Virus record (IMG/VR): IMGVR_UViG_3300045988_123515
Location: 15,468-79,467 of that record
Length of the DNA: 64,000 bases
Origin: a virus
Direction: 5' to 3' (one strand)
Within the stretch, counting starts at the first letter, position 1. Each line of letters starts with the position of its first letter. Positions 35,880-44,131 of this stretch are shown here, piece by piece. The notes under the pieces were generated by a model. That model was given only the letters and a program-made list of their open reading frames with translations, did no database searches and was not told where the DNA came from. A program made the position numbers and the translations under genes.

Positions 35880-37301
35880 TTGGAAATAAAAGGAATTGAT
35901 GTGTCAAGCTATCAAAAGAAACCAGACTGGAAGAAAGTGAAACAATCAGGTGTGAAATTTGCAATATTGCGGATTCATCAACGCTCAGGGATTGATGCTA
36001 GCTTTGAGCACAATTACAAAGGGTGCTGTGATAATGGTATTCTGGTTGGTGGTTATAAACTAAGCTATGCAACCACTGTCGCAGAAGCTGAAAAAGAAGC
36101 CAATGAAACTTTGGCAGTATTAAAAGGACGAAAACTTGATTTTCCTATCTTTTATGACCTGGAATGGGAAACACAAAGAAAATTTAGCAAGTCCAAACTT
36201 GAAGCAATTACTTTAGCATTTTTACGTAAAATCCATTCTGCCGGATACAGGGTGGGAATTTACAGTAACGTAGATTGGTTCAATAATTTGTTCACACCAG
36301 CAATGAGGGATTATGATTGCTGGATTGCAAGGTATCCGGCAACTGATAATGGCAAAATCGTTGAACGCCTTAGACCAGCGCAAGGAATTGGCTGGCAGTA
36401 TTCCAGTAAAGGAAAAGTCCCAGGAATTGATGGTAATGTTGATATGGATGTATTTTACAAAGACTACAGGGATACAGAAACGAAAGGGGATGTAAGTGAA
36501 ATGACAAAGAAAGAAGCGATTAATAAAGTGTTGTCTGTCGCAAAAGCAGAGATCGGATATCTCGAAAAGAAAAGCAACAGTCAGCTTGACAGCAAGACTG
36601 CCAACGCCGGAAGTAGAAATTACACCAAATATTGGCGTGATGTAAAGCCGTCCTATCAGGGACAGCCTTGGTGTGCATGTTTTGTCTCATGGTGCTTTAT
36701 GAAAGCATTTGAGCAAGATAAAGCAAAGAAATTATTGAGACATTGGCCATATGTTTATTGTCCAACATTAGGGAACCTTTTTGTAAAGAATGCTAATCCG
36801 AAAGTTGGTGATATTGTCATTTTTTACCACGGTGGAAGATTTACTCATACTGGAATTGTAACATCGGTAAACGGTGACAAATTTTCAACAGTTGAGGGCA
36901 ATACTTCCGGGGCATCAGGAATTATCCCGAATGGCGGTGGTGTCTGTGCAAAAAGCTATTTAAACAGCAAATTGCCGGGAACAAAATTCTGTACGCCGGA
37001 TTGGAGTATTGTAGCCGATACATCTACGGATAATTCAGGAAATACAGCGGCTACAAAAGAAGATTCTAAACCGTCTAAAACGCCTAAGTTTGTCGGTAAG
37101 GTTACTGCTAATTCCCTTAATGTCCGTACATGGGCAGGAACAGAAAACGCAAAGCTTAAAAGCTATCCTATGCTTGCAAAAGGGAATCTGATTGATGTAT
37201 GCGATACAGTTAAATCCAAAGACGGGAATCCTTGGTACTACATCCGTATTGCCGGAAAGTATTTCGGATTTGTATCTGCAAAATATATTAAAAAAGCGTA
37301 A
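35880..37301 (+). CDS. endolysin: GH25 muramidase, CHAP and SH3b domains
   Basis: N-terminus IKGIDVSSYQ..DW..VK..GVKFAILR (GH25). Central QPWCACFVSW...HTGIV (CHAP Cys/His). C-terminus LNVRTWAGT...GNPWYYI (SH3b). TTG start. Confidence 0.85.
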   Translation: MEIKGIDVSSYQKKPDWKKVKQSGVKFAILRIHQRSGIDASFEHNYKGCCDNGILVGGYKLSYATTVAEAEKEANETLAVLKGRKLDFPIFYDLEWETQRKFSKSKLEAITLAFLRKIHSAGYRVGIYSNVDWFNNLFTPAMRDYDCWIARYPATDNGKIVERLRPAQGIGWQYSSKGKVPGIDGNVDMDVFYKDYRDTETKGDVSEMTKKEAINKVLSVAKAEIGYLEKKSNSQLDSKTANAGSRNYTKYWRDVKPSYQGQPWCACFVSWCFMKAFEQDKAKKLLRHWPYVYCPTLGNLFVKNANPKVGDIVIFYHGGRFTHTGIVTSVNGDKFSTVEGNTSGASGIIPNGGGVCAKSYLNSKLPGTKFCTPDWSIVADTSTDNSGNTAATKEDSKPSKTPKFVGKVTANSLNVRTWAGTENAKLKSYPMLAKGNLIDVCDTVKSKDGNPWYYIRIAGKYFGFVSAKYIKKA

Positions 37302-37306
37302 AATTT

Positions 37307-37338
37307 AAGCCCCTTGGAGTTAATCCTTGGGGCTTTTT
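37307..37338 (+). terminator. rho-independent terminator
   Basis: AAGCCCCTTGG...CCTTGGGGCTT followed by TTT. Confidence 0.7.
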
Positions 37339-37372
37339 GCCATGCCAAGTCTTAAAAAAGTTAAAATAATAG

Positions 37373-37426
37373 TTGACTTCTAAATGACTTCATAGTATAT
37401 TATAAGTAAGAAGTCAATATGACTTC
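37373..37426 (+). promoter_or_regulatory. promoter with four GACTTC operator half-sites
   Basis: TTGACT, 17-nt spacer, TATATT. GACTTC at 37375 and 37386 are direct repeats. GAAGTC-N5-GACTTC at 37410-37426 is a palindrome. Confidence 0.6.
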
Positions 37427-37444
37427 AAGAAAGGGGAAGTGCTA

Positions 37445-37642
37445 ATGATGAGTATCAAAACATTTACGTTAAGACTGACAGAAGAACAACTTGATTTTGT
37501 CGGTGAGAAGGCAAAAGAAATGGGGGTGAGCAAAAACGATTATATTCGCAGATTAATTGATGGAGATATTCGTGCGGACAAAGAGGATAAAATTTTACAG
37601 GAAATTATCGAAATCAAGAATATGTTAAAAGCAAATAAATAA
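37445..37642 (+). CDS. ribbon-helix-helix (Arc/CopG-type) regulator
   Basis: KTFTLRLTEEQLDFVGEKAKEMGVSKNDYIRRLI. Confidence 0.6.
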   Translation: MMSIKTFTLRLTEEQLDFVGEKAKEMGVSKNDYIRRLIDGDIRADKEDKILQEIIEIKNMLKANK

Positions 37643-37763
37643 AAAAGGATTCCTGCACCCTGGAAAAGTCGGAACCCTTTAAGCACTCAACGCACCGAGG
37701 TGGTCGGTATTGTCATTATATCTCCCTTCGGTGCATTTGTAAACACTGAAAGGAGATTTTTTT

Positions 37764-38570
37764 ATGGCAGATTTAAAGGTTATCGAAAATGAATTAGTTC
37801 CTGTGTACGAGACAAGTACAGGAGAAAAAGTTGTGTATGGTTCAGAATTACATAAAGTATTAGAAGTAAAAAGCCGTTATCGTGAATGGATTGAAAGAAG
37901 ATTCGCTGATATTGAAGCCACAGAGAATGAAGATTTTCAAGCCGCCGAAATTTCGGCACCTTCTGGACAGACCAAGAAAGATCACATTATCAAACTTGAC
38001 ACCGCAAAAGAAATGGCAATGCTTGAGCGCAACGACAAAGGGAAACAGGTTCGCAAGTATTTCATCCAAGTGGAAGAGAAATATAAACAGACAGCAATTA
38101 ATATCAATCAGCTGTCCCCAGAATTGCAAATGTTCAATCAGATTTTTCAGCAAGTAGCTAAGACTGAACTGGAACAGAAAAAACTTGCGGAACGTGCCGA
38201 CCAACAAGAGAAGAATATGAAAACCATCATTGATACTTTCAAGGGGACGGATTCTGATGTTGGCACAGAAAAGTGGGTGAACAGATGTATTTCAAAGATT
38301 GCCGAGAGTGACGATTTCTCTTACTCGTTCGGAAATAAATACGCCGCCGCCAGAAATGAAAGCTATCGCAGACTGACAGACAGAGCTGGTTGCCGTTTAG
38401 ATCAGCAACTTAGAAATGCGATTTCAAGAGCCGAGGAAAGAGGTTGCACTAAAGCACAGACCAGCCAGATTAACAAGTTGTCTGTGATTATGCAGAATAA
38501 GCGGTTGAAAGATATTTATGTTAGTGTGATTAAAGAAATGATGATTGCATACAGAGTAGAAATTGCATAA
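37764..38570 (+). CDS. antirepressor-like protein (AntA N-terminal plus ORF6C-like C-terminal domain)
   Basis: LVPVYETSTGEKVVYGSELHKVLEVKSRYREWIERR. The C-terminus is paralogous to that of 40065..40874 (RAGC.L...LRN....E.GCTK). Confidence 0.65.
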   Translation: MADLKVIENELVPVYETSTGEKVVYGSELHKVLEVKSRYREWIERRFADIEATENEDFQAAEISAPSGQTKKDHIIKLDTAKEMAMLERNDKGKQVRKYFIQVEEKYKQTAININQLSPELQMFNQIFQQVAKTELEQKKLAERADQQEKNMKTIIDTFKGTDSDVGTEKWVNRCISKIAESDDFSYSFGNKYAAARNESYRRLTDRAGCRLDQQLRNAISRAEERGCTKAQTSQINKLSVIMQNKRLKDIYVSVIKEMMIAYRVEIA

Positions 38571-38641
38571 TTTAAAAAAATATAGAAAAATATACATCCA
38601 TGGGTCAACTGTTTTTTTCTTAAATTGGAGGGATTTTCTAT

Positions 38642-38956
38642 ATGAACGAAATCACAATTAACACAGCAAATCAGACACCTATTGAAACAGCACTTGGTAT
38701 TGATGAAGAGGGAATGACTACCGCTGGTACACTCTTTGATTTTCTCAGAATGGATAGAAGCAATTTCTCAAGATGGTTTAGAACAAATATTATCGGTAAT
38801 GGTTTTGCCGAGGAAAATACCGACTATTTTCTGTTCGTCATCAATGACGAGCAAGCGTTTGGTTCTATTCCCCACAAGTCAAGCATATACTGTTATCATA
38901 AATCATTGATCGGGAGGAGAAGCATATGGATTACAAAAAGGAAATTATGGAGATGA
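38642..38956 (+). CDS. AntA-like fragment, possibly truncated
   Basis: LFDFLRMDRSNFSRWFRTNII...ENTDYF, followed by a non-conserved tail. Confidence 0.4.
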   Translation: MNEITINTANQTPIETALGIDEEGMTTAGTLFDFLRMDRSNFSRWFRTNIIGNGFAEENTDYFLFVINDEQAFGSIPHKSSIYCYHKSLIGRRSIWITKRKLWR

Positions 38957-39024
38957 TACAAAAGATACATAATGTCCGTTGGCTAAGGTCGATATACATT
39001 TTTGTTAAAACACTAATAGAATAG
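38926..39024 (+). CDS. possible 32-aa ORF
   Basis: A GGGAGGAG RBS lies 7 nt before the ATG. Confidence 0.25.
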   Translation: MDYKKEIMEMIQKIHNVRWLRSIYIFVKTLIE

Positions 39025-39077
39025 CATTACTAAGTAGAAAAAAGACAAGGGCTTGCGCATTACCCTTGTCTTTTCTG

Positions 39078-39443
39078 CTATGACTTCTTTGAAATTGTGT
39101 CTATGAGTTTTTCTAAGTTGTCCCATCCGGAATCATCAAGCCTTGCTAAAGCATTTACGAGACGATATTTAAAATCGTCATCGTCAGCTTTTGTAACATA
39201 TCCAAGTAATTTCGAAATTTCATCATTCCTTTTAGCTGGATAAAACATCTCGCCTTCGCCATCTTTAAGCCATTCTTCACGAACATTAAATTCTTTACAA
39301 ACATCATCAATTGTTCGATCTGAAGGAACTTTGTTTCCTATTTCAATTTGCGCTACAAAATTCCTACTTATTTTCAGCTTATCTGCAAATTCTTGCTGAG
39401 TTACGTTCAATTTTTTTCGCAACTCTTTAAATCTGTCTTTCAA
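39078..39443 (-). CDS. XRE-family HTH repressor (CI-like)
   Basis: LNVTQQEFADKLKISRNFVAQIEIGNKVPS. TTG start 7 nt after AAGGAGG. It is divergent from the early promoter. Confidence 0.75.
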   Translation of the reverse strand: MKDRFKELRKKLNVTQQEFADKLKISRNFVAQIEIGNKVPSDRTIDDVCKEFNVREEWLKDGEGEMFYPAKRNDEISKLLGYVTKADDDDFKYRLVNALARLDDSGWDNLEKLIDTISKKS

Positions 39444-39480
39444 TTTAATTCCTCCTTTCTGAAAATATAGTACCATAAAA

Positions 39481-39552
39481 TGTTTACAAAGTCAACAAAA
39501 AACTATTGACAAATGTTATCCCAGGGACTATACTGTGTTTACAAGGTAAACA
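39481..39552 (+). promoter_or_regulatory. immunity-region early promoter flanked by two 17-bp operators
   Basis: TTGACA (39506), 17-nt spacer, TATACT (39529). Operators are TGTTTACaaaGTCAACA (39481) and the perfect palindrome TGTTTACaagGTAAACA (39536). Confidence 0.7.
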
Positions 39553-39572
39553 AAGAAAGGAGGCAAGTTAAC

Positions 39573-39824
39573 GTGTTGAAAGGATTTTTAAAAAGAATAT
39601 TCGTACCGCAGATTGTAAAAATTCCAGATAAAACAAGAGTTATGTGCTTTTCTAAAGATGGGAACAAGTACTTAAAAGTATTTAATACCGAAAGCGGCGC
39701 GAACATCTGCTTCCAGGTGAAATCCATAGATTATGAAAACAGTGATTTAAAGAATGAATATCACCCAGAAACGATGTTCTCAGATATTGAAAGCGATCAA
39801 AGCGTTACGATTTTGAACCAGTAA
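39573..39824 (+). CDS. first early-operon protein, not an obvious HTH
   Basis: GTG start 9 nt after AAGGAGG. Confidence 0.45.
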   Translation: MLKGFLKRIFVPQIVKIPDKTRVMCFSKDGNKYLKVFNTESGANICFQVKSIDYENSDLKNEYHPETMFSDIESDQSVTILNQ

Positions 39825-40003
39825 GTATAATCGTTACATTTTGAACACTTTGGAATGGTTTTACCGGACTTTACAGTTCTTTTTGAATTGCAATTACAAC
39901 AAGTGAAAACAGTAGTTTCAGAAACTTTTTCACCAGAACGGTAAAAACCATCCATGTAAGGAAGCAATATCAATTTCTTATCTCCTTTCAAGTTACTTGG
40001 CAT
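39797..40003 (-). CDS. possible zinc-ribbon protein
   Basis: CCNCNS...CSKCN. The RBS is poor and it overlaps its convergent neighbour. Confidence 0.3.
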   Translation of the reverse strand: MPSNLKGDKKLILLPYMDGFYRSGEKVSETTVFTCCNCNSKRTVKSGKTIPKCSKCNDYTYWFKIVTL

Positions 40004-40064
40004 GGTAGTGCCTGTACTTACATTATAAAGAGATAAGAAGTCAAACTCAACAGAAAGGAGACTA

Positions 40065-40874
40065 ATGGGCGGATTAATACACATCGGAAATTCAGATATT
40101 TCCATAAAAGAGTATAACGGTCAGCGAGTGGTTACATTCAAAGACATTGATGCAGTTCACGGCAGACCAGACGGAACAGCAAGGAAGCGTTTTAATGATA
40201 ATCGCAATCGTTTCATTGAGGGAGAGGATTTTTTCAAAATTAGCGCGTCCGAAATTCGGACAACCAAATTATTTGACATTCCAGACAAGGCAACTTCTGA
40301 TTATGCCCTTATGACAGAACAAGGATATCTAATGTTAGTAAAGTCTTTCACAGATGATTTAGCATGGGATGTTCAGAGACAGCTTGTGAATGGATATTTC
40401 AAAACCAGAGAAAAAGTAAAAAAGGCATTGTCACCGGAACTTCAAATGTTACAGGGACTACTTTCACAAATGGTAGAGAAAGAACTTGCTGACAAGGAAA
40501 GAGACCGGCAGATTTTAATTGCCAAAGAAACAGCAGATAAAGCTGTTGCAACTACAGAGAATATTAAAGAAGCAGTCAAACCAGTATTTGATAACTGGCG
40601 TTCAGAAATCAATTTGAAATTCAATCGTATACAGAAATGTGCAGGAGCAGAGTTCAAAACGCTCCGGTCAGAAATGTATCAAGAATTGGAATATCGGGCT
40701 GGATGTGATTTGAGTACCAGGTTGAGAAACAAACGTAATCGCATGGTGGAAAACGGATGCACAAAGACGGCGGTTAATGCACTCAACAAAATGGATATCA
40801 TTGACGATGATAAAAAGTTACGAGAGATTTTCTCGAAGATTGTAACTGAATATGAAATTAAATATTGTGCGTAG
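40065..40874 (+). CDS. ORF6N/ORF6C (KilA-N-related) antirepressor-like protein
   Basis: YNGQRVVTFKDIDAVHGRPDGTARKRFNDNRNRFIEGEDFFKI. Confidence 0.7.
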   Translation: MGGLIHIGNSDISIKEYNGQRVVTFKDIDAVHGRPDGTARKRFNDNRNRFIEGEDFFKISASEIRTTKLFDIPDKATSDYALMTEQGYLMLVKSFTDDLAWDVQRQLVNGYFKTREKVKKALSPELQMLQGLLSQMVEKELADKERDRQILIAKETADKAVATTENIKEAVKPVFDNWRSEINLKFNRIQKCAGAEFKTLRSEMYQELEYRAGCDLSTRLRNKRNRMVENGCTKTAVNALNKMDIIDDDKKLREIFSKIVTEYEIKYCA

Positions 40875-40889
40875 AAAGGAAGTGAGAAA

Positions 40890-41039
40890 ATGTCAGAAAA
40901 AGAAAAACGTATTGTCGAGAAGCTTAAAGATGCCATTCCGAAAATGTCTGATTTTGATAAAGGTTACATTCTCGGAAAAGTAGAAAGCCTTTCTTCTGAT
41001 AAGAAAGACGATGATTCTGATAAGAAAGAAAGTTCTTAA
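40890..41039 (+). CDS. small acidic protein (49 aa)
   Basis: Hand-translated, below the ORF-track cutoff. GGAAGTGAG RBS. Confidence 0.4.
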   Translation: MSEKEKRIVEKLKDAIPKMSDFDKGYILGKVESLSSDKKDDDSDKKESS

Positions 41040-41057
41040 CTGAAAGGAGGTAATCAA

Positions 41058-41141
41058 ATGGATTTGTACGATGTAGCACTTTTGTTTTCGATTGCAGCAA
41101 TTATTCTAAATATAATCACTTTTTTCTTAAATCGAAAGTAA
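41058..41141 (+). CDS. 27-aa single-TM peptide
   Basis: AAGGAGG 7 nt before the ATG. Sequence MDLYDVALLFSIAAIILNIITFFLNRK. Confidence 0.4.
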   Translation: MDLYDVALLFSIAAIILNIITFFLNRK

Positions 41142-41666
41142 ATCTTTACTTTCTTTTGGTACTTGAAGAGTATATATTTTATTCTTCTTGTTTGTGATTA
41201 TTTTTAATGTGATAAAATCTTTGCTCAATTTAATATTAGCAGGAATGTCAAACAAGACAATTTCAAATATTCCTTGTGATGGTTGCAAAGAGATCGGAAA
41301 ATCCGCACTGAATATTCTTTCAGTGATGGGAATATCTGTTTCGTTGTACTTTGGATAATAACGTTCAGCAACCCATCTATGGGTTAGAACACATGAATAC
41401 GAAGCGCGATGATTCAAAAGTAAAGAAACTCTGGTAATAATTATAGGAGAAGATGAATTGTTCTGAAAGATTAAACCTAGTTTGATAGACTGTTCGTTTT
41501 CTGCATTTAAAGTGCACAGTGTTTCCAATGAAACAGAAATATTTGTCCGTTTACTCCAAAGTGAATGAATGAATTGAAATAGAGAAAGAACAAATCCTGC
41601 AATCGCAATAACGGTTGTAAGCAAAGACTTGTTTTCTGCAACAAATTTAACAATGGTACTCAGCAT
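41127..41666 (-). CDS. N-terminally membrane-anchored protein: candidate superinfection exclusion or abortive-infection factor
   Basis: Minus-strand gene in the immunity region with TM LLTTVIAIAGFVLSLFQFI and a GGAGG RBS before MLST. Confidence 0.45.
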   Translation of the reverse strand: MLSTIVKFVAENKSLLTTVIAIAGFVLSLFQFIHSLWSKRTNISVSLETLCTLNAENEQSIKLGLIFQNNSSSPIIITRVSLLLNHRASYSCVLTHRWVAERYYPKYNETDIPITERIFSADFPISLQPSQGIFEIVLFDIPANIKLSKDFITLKIITNKKNKIYTLQVPKESKDLLSI

Positions 41667-41717
41667 AATTAAAACCTCCATTTTTTTAATTAGAGTATAC
41701 CACAGAAAGGAAATGAT

Positions 41718-41918
41718 ATGTTGGAAGAAACAAATGCATTACTCGAGCAGATTTTGGAAGAACTTAAAGCCATTCGGAAAGAAGTCACCCCTACGAGAAC
41801 AAAAAAAGTAACGCACACGGCAAATATTGACGGGGAGACAATTGTCGAATGCGTTACAGATGGAATTCAAAACGCCTTATACGGGAAACGAGCGTTTAAT
41901 CCGAAAGATTCTGAATAG
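41718..41918 (+). CDS. hypothetical protein
   Basis: 66-aa ORF. Confidence 0.4.
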   Translation: MLEETNALLEQILEELKAIRKEVTPTRTKKVTHTANIDGETIVECVTDGIQNALYGKRAFNPKDSE

Positions 41919-42072
41919 CAAAATCATATGCACGTTTTAAATATTGAATTTCGTCATTTGACATAGAAGTATTTCCAGCCAATGGAGCTTCTCTTTTATC
42001 AAGAACGTATTCATTTAATTTAGACTTTGCATAAGTAATTGCTAAATCATGAATTATTTGTTCTTTATTCAT
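41896..42072 (-). CDS. hypothetical protein (58 aa)
   Basis: GGGAGGTG RBS before MNKEQIIHDL. Confidence 0.45.
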   Translation of the reverse strand: MNKEQIIHDLAITYAKSKLNEYVLDKREAPLAGNTSMSNDEIQYLKRAYDFAIQNLSD

Positions 42073-42264
42073 AATACACACCTCCCTTCGAGGAAAATTA
42101 TACCACAAAAAAAGGAGGCGAATCAAAATCAAAGACTTCATATATGAATTATTTTTCAAGAAAAGATATTCAATAGTGGATATATTAAGCAGGGTTATTG
42201 GAATTATTATTGGACTTTATATTTTCAGCAGATATATTTTACCAATGATGTAAGAAAGGAGAAA

Positions 42265-42489
42265 ATGCAAATGGAACTTGAGGAATACTTATCTCAAAAG
42301 CTATCGAGCCGTGAAGGACAACGGTATTTGGAATTTAGAAGAAGGAACGGACAGAAAGCAGATGATCTTTACAAAAAGGTAAAAGATGAAATTGCTGAAT
42401 GCCATCTGTCCGTTACCGAAGCAAAAGGTTTTTTGGATTTTATGAAGTTGGTTGTTGAAGAAGCTTCATATATTCCAATTAAGAAATGA
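42265..42489 (+). CDS. hypothetical protein
   Basis: 74-aa ORF with an AAGGAG RBS. Confidence 0.5.
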   Translation: MQMELEEYLSQKLSSREGQRYLEFRRRNGQKADDLYKKVKDEIAECHLSVTEAKGFLDFMKLVVEEASYIPIKK

Positions 42490-42605
42490 CAGAAGTAGTA
42501 ATGCAGAAGCATATTTACACCCCCTTTTCCTACAGAAAAGTATACCACGAAAACGAGGGGTGTGAGAAATATAAAAAATTATCAAATCAAGGAGGAAAAA
42601 ATATC

Positions 42606-42893
42606 ATGATTAGTTGCAACAAAGGAAATGTAAAACTCGAGGGAACAGTATCAAGGCTCTACGCAGAACTTGCAACCATAGTGCATTGTTTAAAGGAATC
42701 TGCTCTTGAGAAAGGAATTGAAGATAAAGAAGCTGATAAAGACCTTCTGTCTGCATTTGAATCCGGCCTTAAAACAGAGCAGGAACTCAATGAAGAGCTC
42801 AAAAAGAAAATAAAACAACTTGATGGTCTTATCCCAGACCTTATCATGGATGGCATTGCAACTACATTAAAAGCTAATGACAAGGAGGACTAG
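42606..42893 (+). CDS. hypothetical protein
   Basis: A strong AAGGAGG precedes the internal ATG of ORF 42486..42893. Confidence 0.5.
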   Translation: MISCNKGNVKLEGTVSRLYAELATIVHCLKESALEKGIEDKEADKDLLSAFESGLKTEQELNEELKKKIKQLDGLIPDLIMDGIATTLKANDKED

Positions 42894-42895
42894 GC

Positions 42896-43075
42896 ATGGA
42901 GGAAAACAAGAGTACGGATTTCGTTCCCGAAAATTCAAATGAGGAATACGCAATGCTCATTGGCAGACTAAAAGCATTTGAGGCATGGGCAAGAAATGTA
43001 TCTGAATTTGACTTCAAAAAGGATATGTGTTTCAGAATGCTGGGATTAGAAATTGATGATCCGGAAGAAGAATAA
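42896..43075 (+). CDS. hypothetical acidic protein (59 aa)
   Basis: Hand-translated, with an AAGGAGG RBS. Confidence 0.45.
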   Translation: MEENKSTDFVPENSNEEYAMLIGRLKAFEAWARNVSEFDFKKDMCFRMLGLEIDDPEEE

Positions 43076-43201
43076 AAAAGTTGCCCTGGACGGTGCTGGA
43101 ACACCAACCAGAGCAGAATTTAACTAAGGCAGTTAAATACAGGGTAATTATAACATATCCTCCTGTATTTGACAAACAAAAATACAACAGGAGGAATTTT
43201 T

Positions 43202-43345
43202 ATGCGAAAAAACAAAGGAAATGAGCCACTTTCCAGTGAAATTATCGCAAATCTGGAAGAAAAAGTGGTGTTACGGAACGTATGGATTGTCATTATGATA
43301 ACAGCTTTGATTGTGGTGTTAATCAAGAAAGAGAGGACAAAATGA
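43202..43345 (+). CDS. 47-aa single-TM protein
   Basis: CAGGAGG RBS. TM segment VWIVIMITALIVVLI. Confidence 0.4.
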   Translation: MRKNKGNEPLSSEIIANLEEKVVLRNVWIVIMITALIVVLIKKERTK

Positions 43346-43515
43346 AATTAGTAGCAGAACTTCTTGTATTTACTGGGATGTTAACCTTGATATTCTTCGG
43401 ATTATGGTTTTTCACAGCCAAGGATTTGTTGGAAATATTTGTATTATCCAGTTTCGGGGCATTCTTTGTAGCAATCCCTGTAATGATATATTTGGAGGAA
43501 AAATTAAATGGGTGA
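43342..43515 (+). CDS. 57-aa two-TM protein
   Basis: ATGA overlap with the previous ORF. Sequence LLVFTGMLTLIFFGLWFF...FGAFFVAIPVMIY. Confidence 0.4.
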   Translation: MKLVAELLVFTGMLTLIFFGLWFFTAKDLLEIFVLSSFGAFFVAIPVMIYLEEKLNG

Positions 43516-44131
43516 GAACAAAATAGTAATTTCAGGTGTTGCATCAAGCGTAGCCTTTCATCATGAAGCATTCGGTATTTATTATTATCAAACATCTGTT
43601 GCAGTAACAAGAAGAAGTGGGAATATTGATTACCTTGACGTAGTTGCAAGTGATGAAACTTTCGGGGCTTATGATTACGAGGGAAAAAAAGTTGTGGTGC
43701 ATGGTGCAATTCGCTCAAGGATTGAGAAGAAACAGGCGAGAGAAGCATATGTTGCAGCGGACAATATAGAAATATTGGATGCCCCTGTTGCAGGCGGAGA
43801 TTTAAACAAGGTTGAGGTAGAGGGATTCATTTGTAACAAAAACATTGAGGGAAAATATACGCCGGTAACAAGAAGATATATTCTCAATCTGTTCTTGGCA
43901 ATTCACAGAAATAATAAGAGGAACGGAAGAGCAGATTATATTCCCTGCTGCATTTGGGGGGAAAACGCAAAAGAAATTGAGAAACAAGTTGAGCAAGGCT
44001 CAAAAATTAAAATAACAGGAATGCTCCTTTCCAGGGAGTTATACAAAAATGGCGAATTTGTAAGTGTATCTGAGATTTCAGTAAATTCAGTGGAGGTATT
44101 GGATGAAAACAATAGAGTTAAAAAGAATTGA
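43508..44131 (+). CDS. tandem OB-fold, SSB-like protein
   Basis: Two SSB-like halves, for example ADYIPCCIWGENAKEI...GSKIKITGMLLSRE. Confidence 0.45.
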   Translation: MGENKIVISGVASSVAFHHEAFGIYYYQTSVAVTRRSGNIDYLDVVASDETFGAYDYEGKKVVVHGAIRSRIEKKQAREAYVAADNIEILDAPVAGGDLNKVEVEGFICNKNIEGKYTPVTRRYILNLFLAIHRNNKRNGRADYIPCCIWGENAKEIEKQVEQGSKIKITGMLLSRELYKNGEFVSVSEISVNSVEVLDENNRVKKN

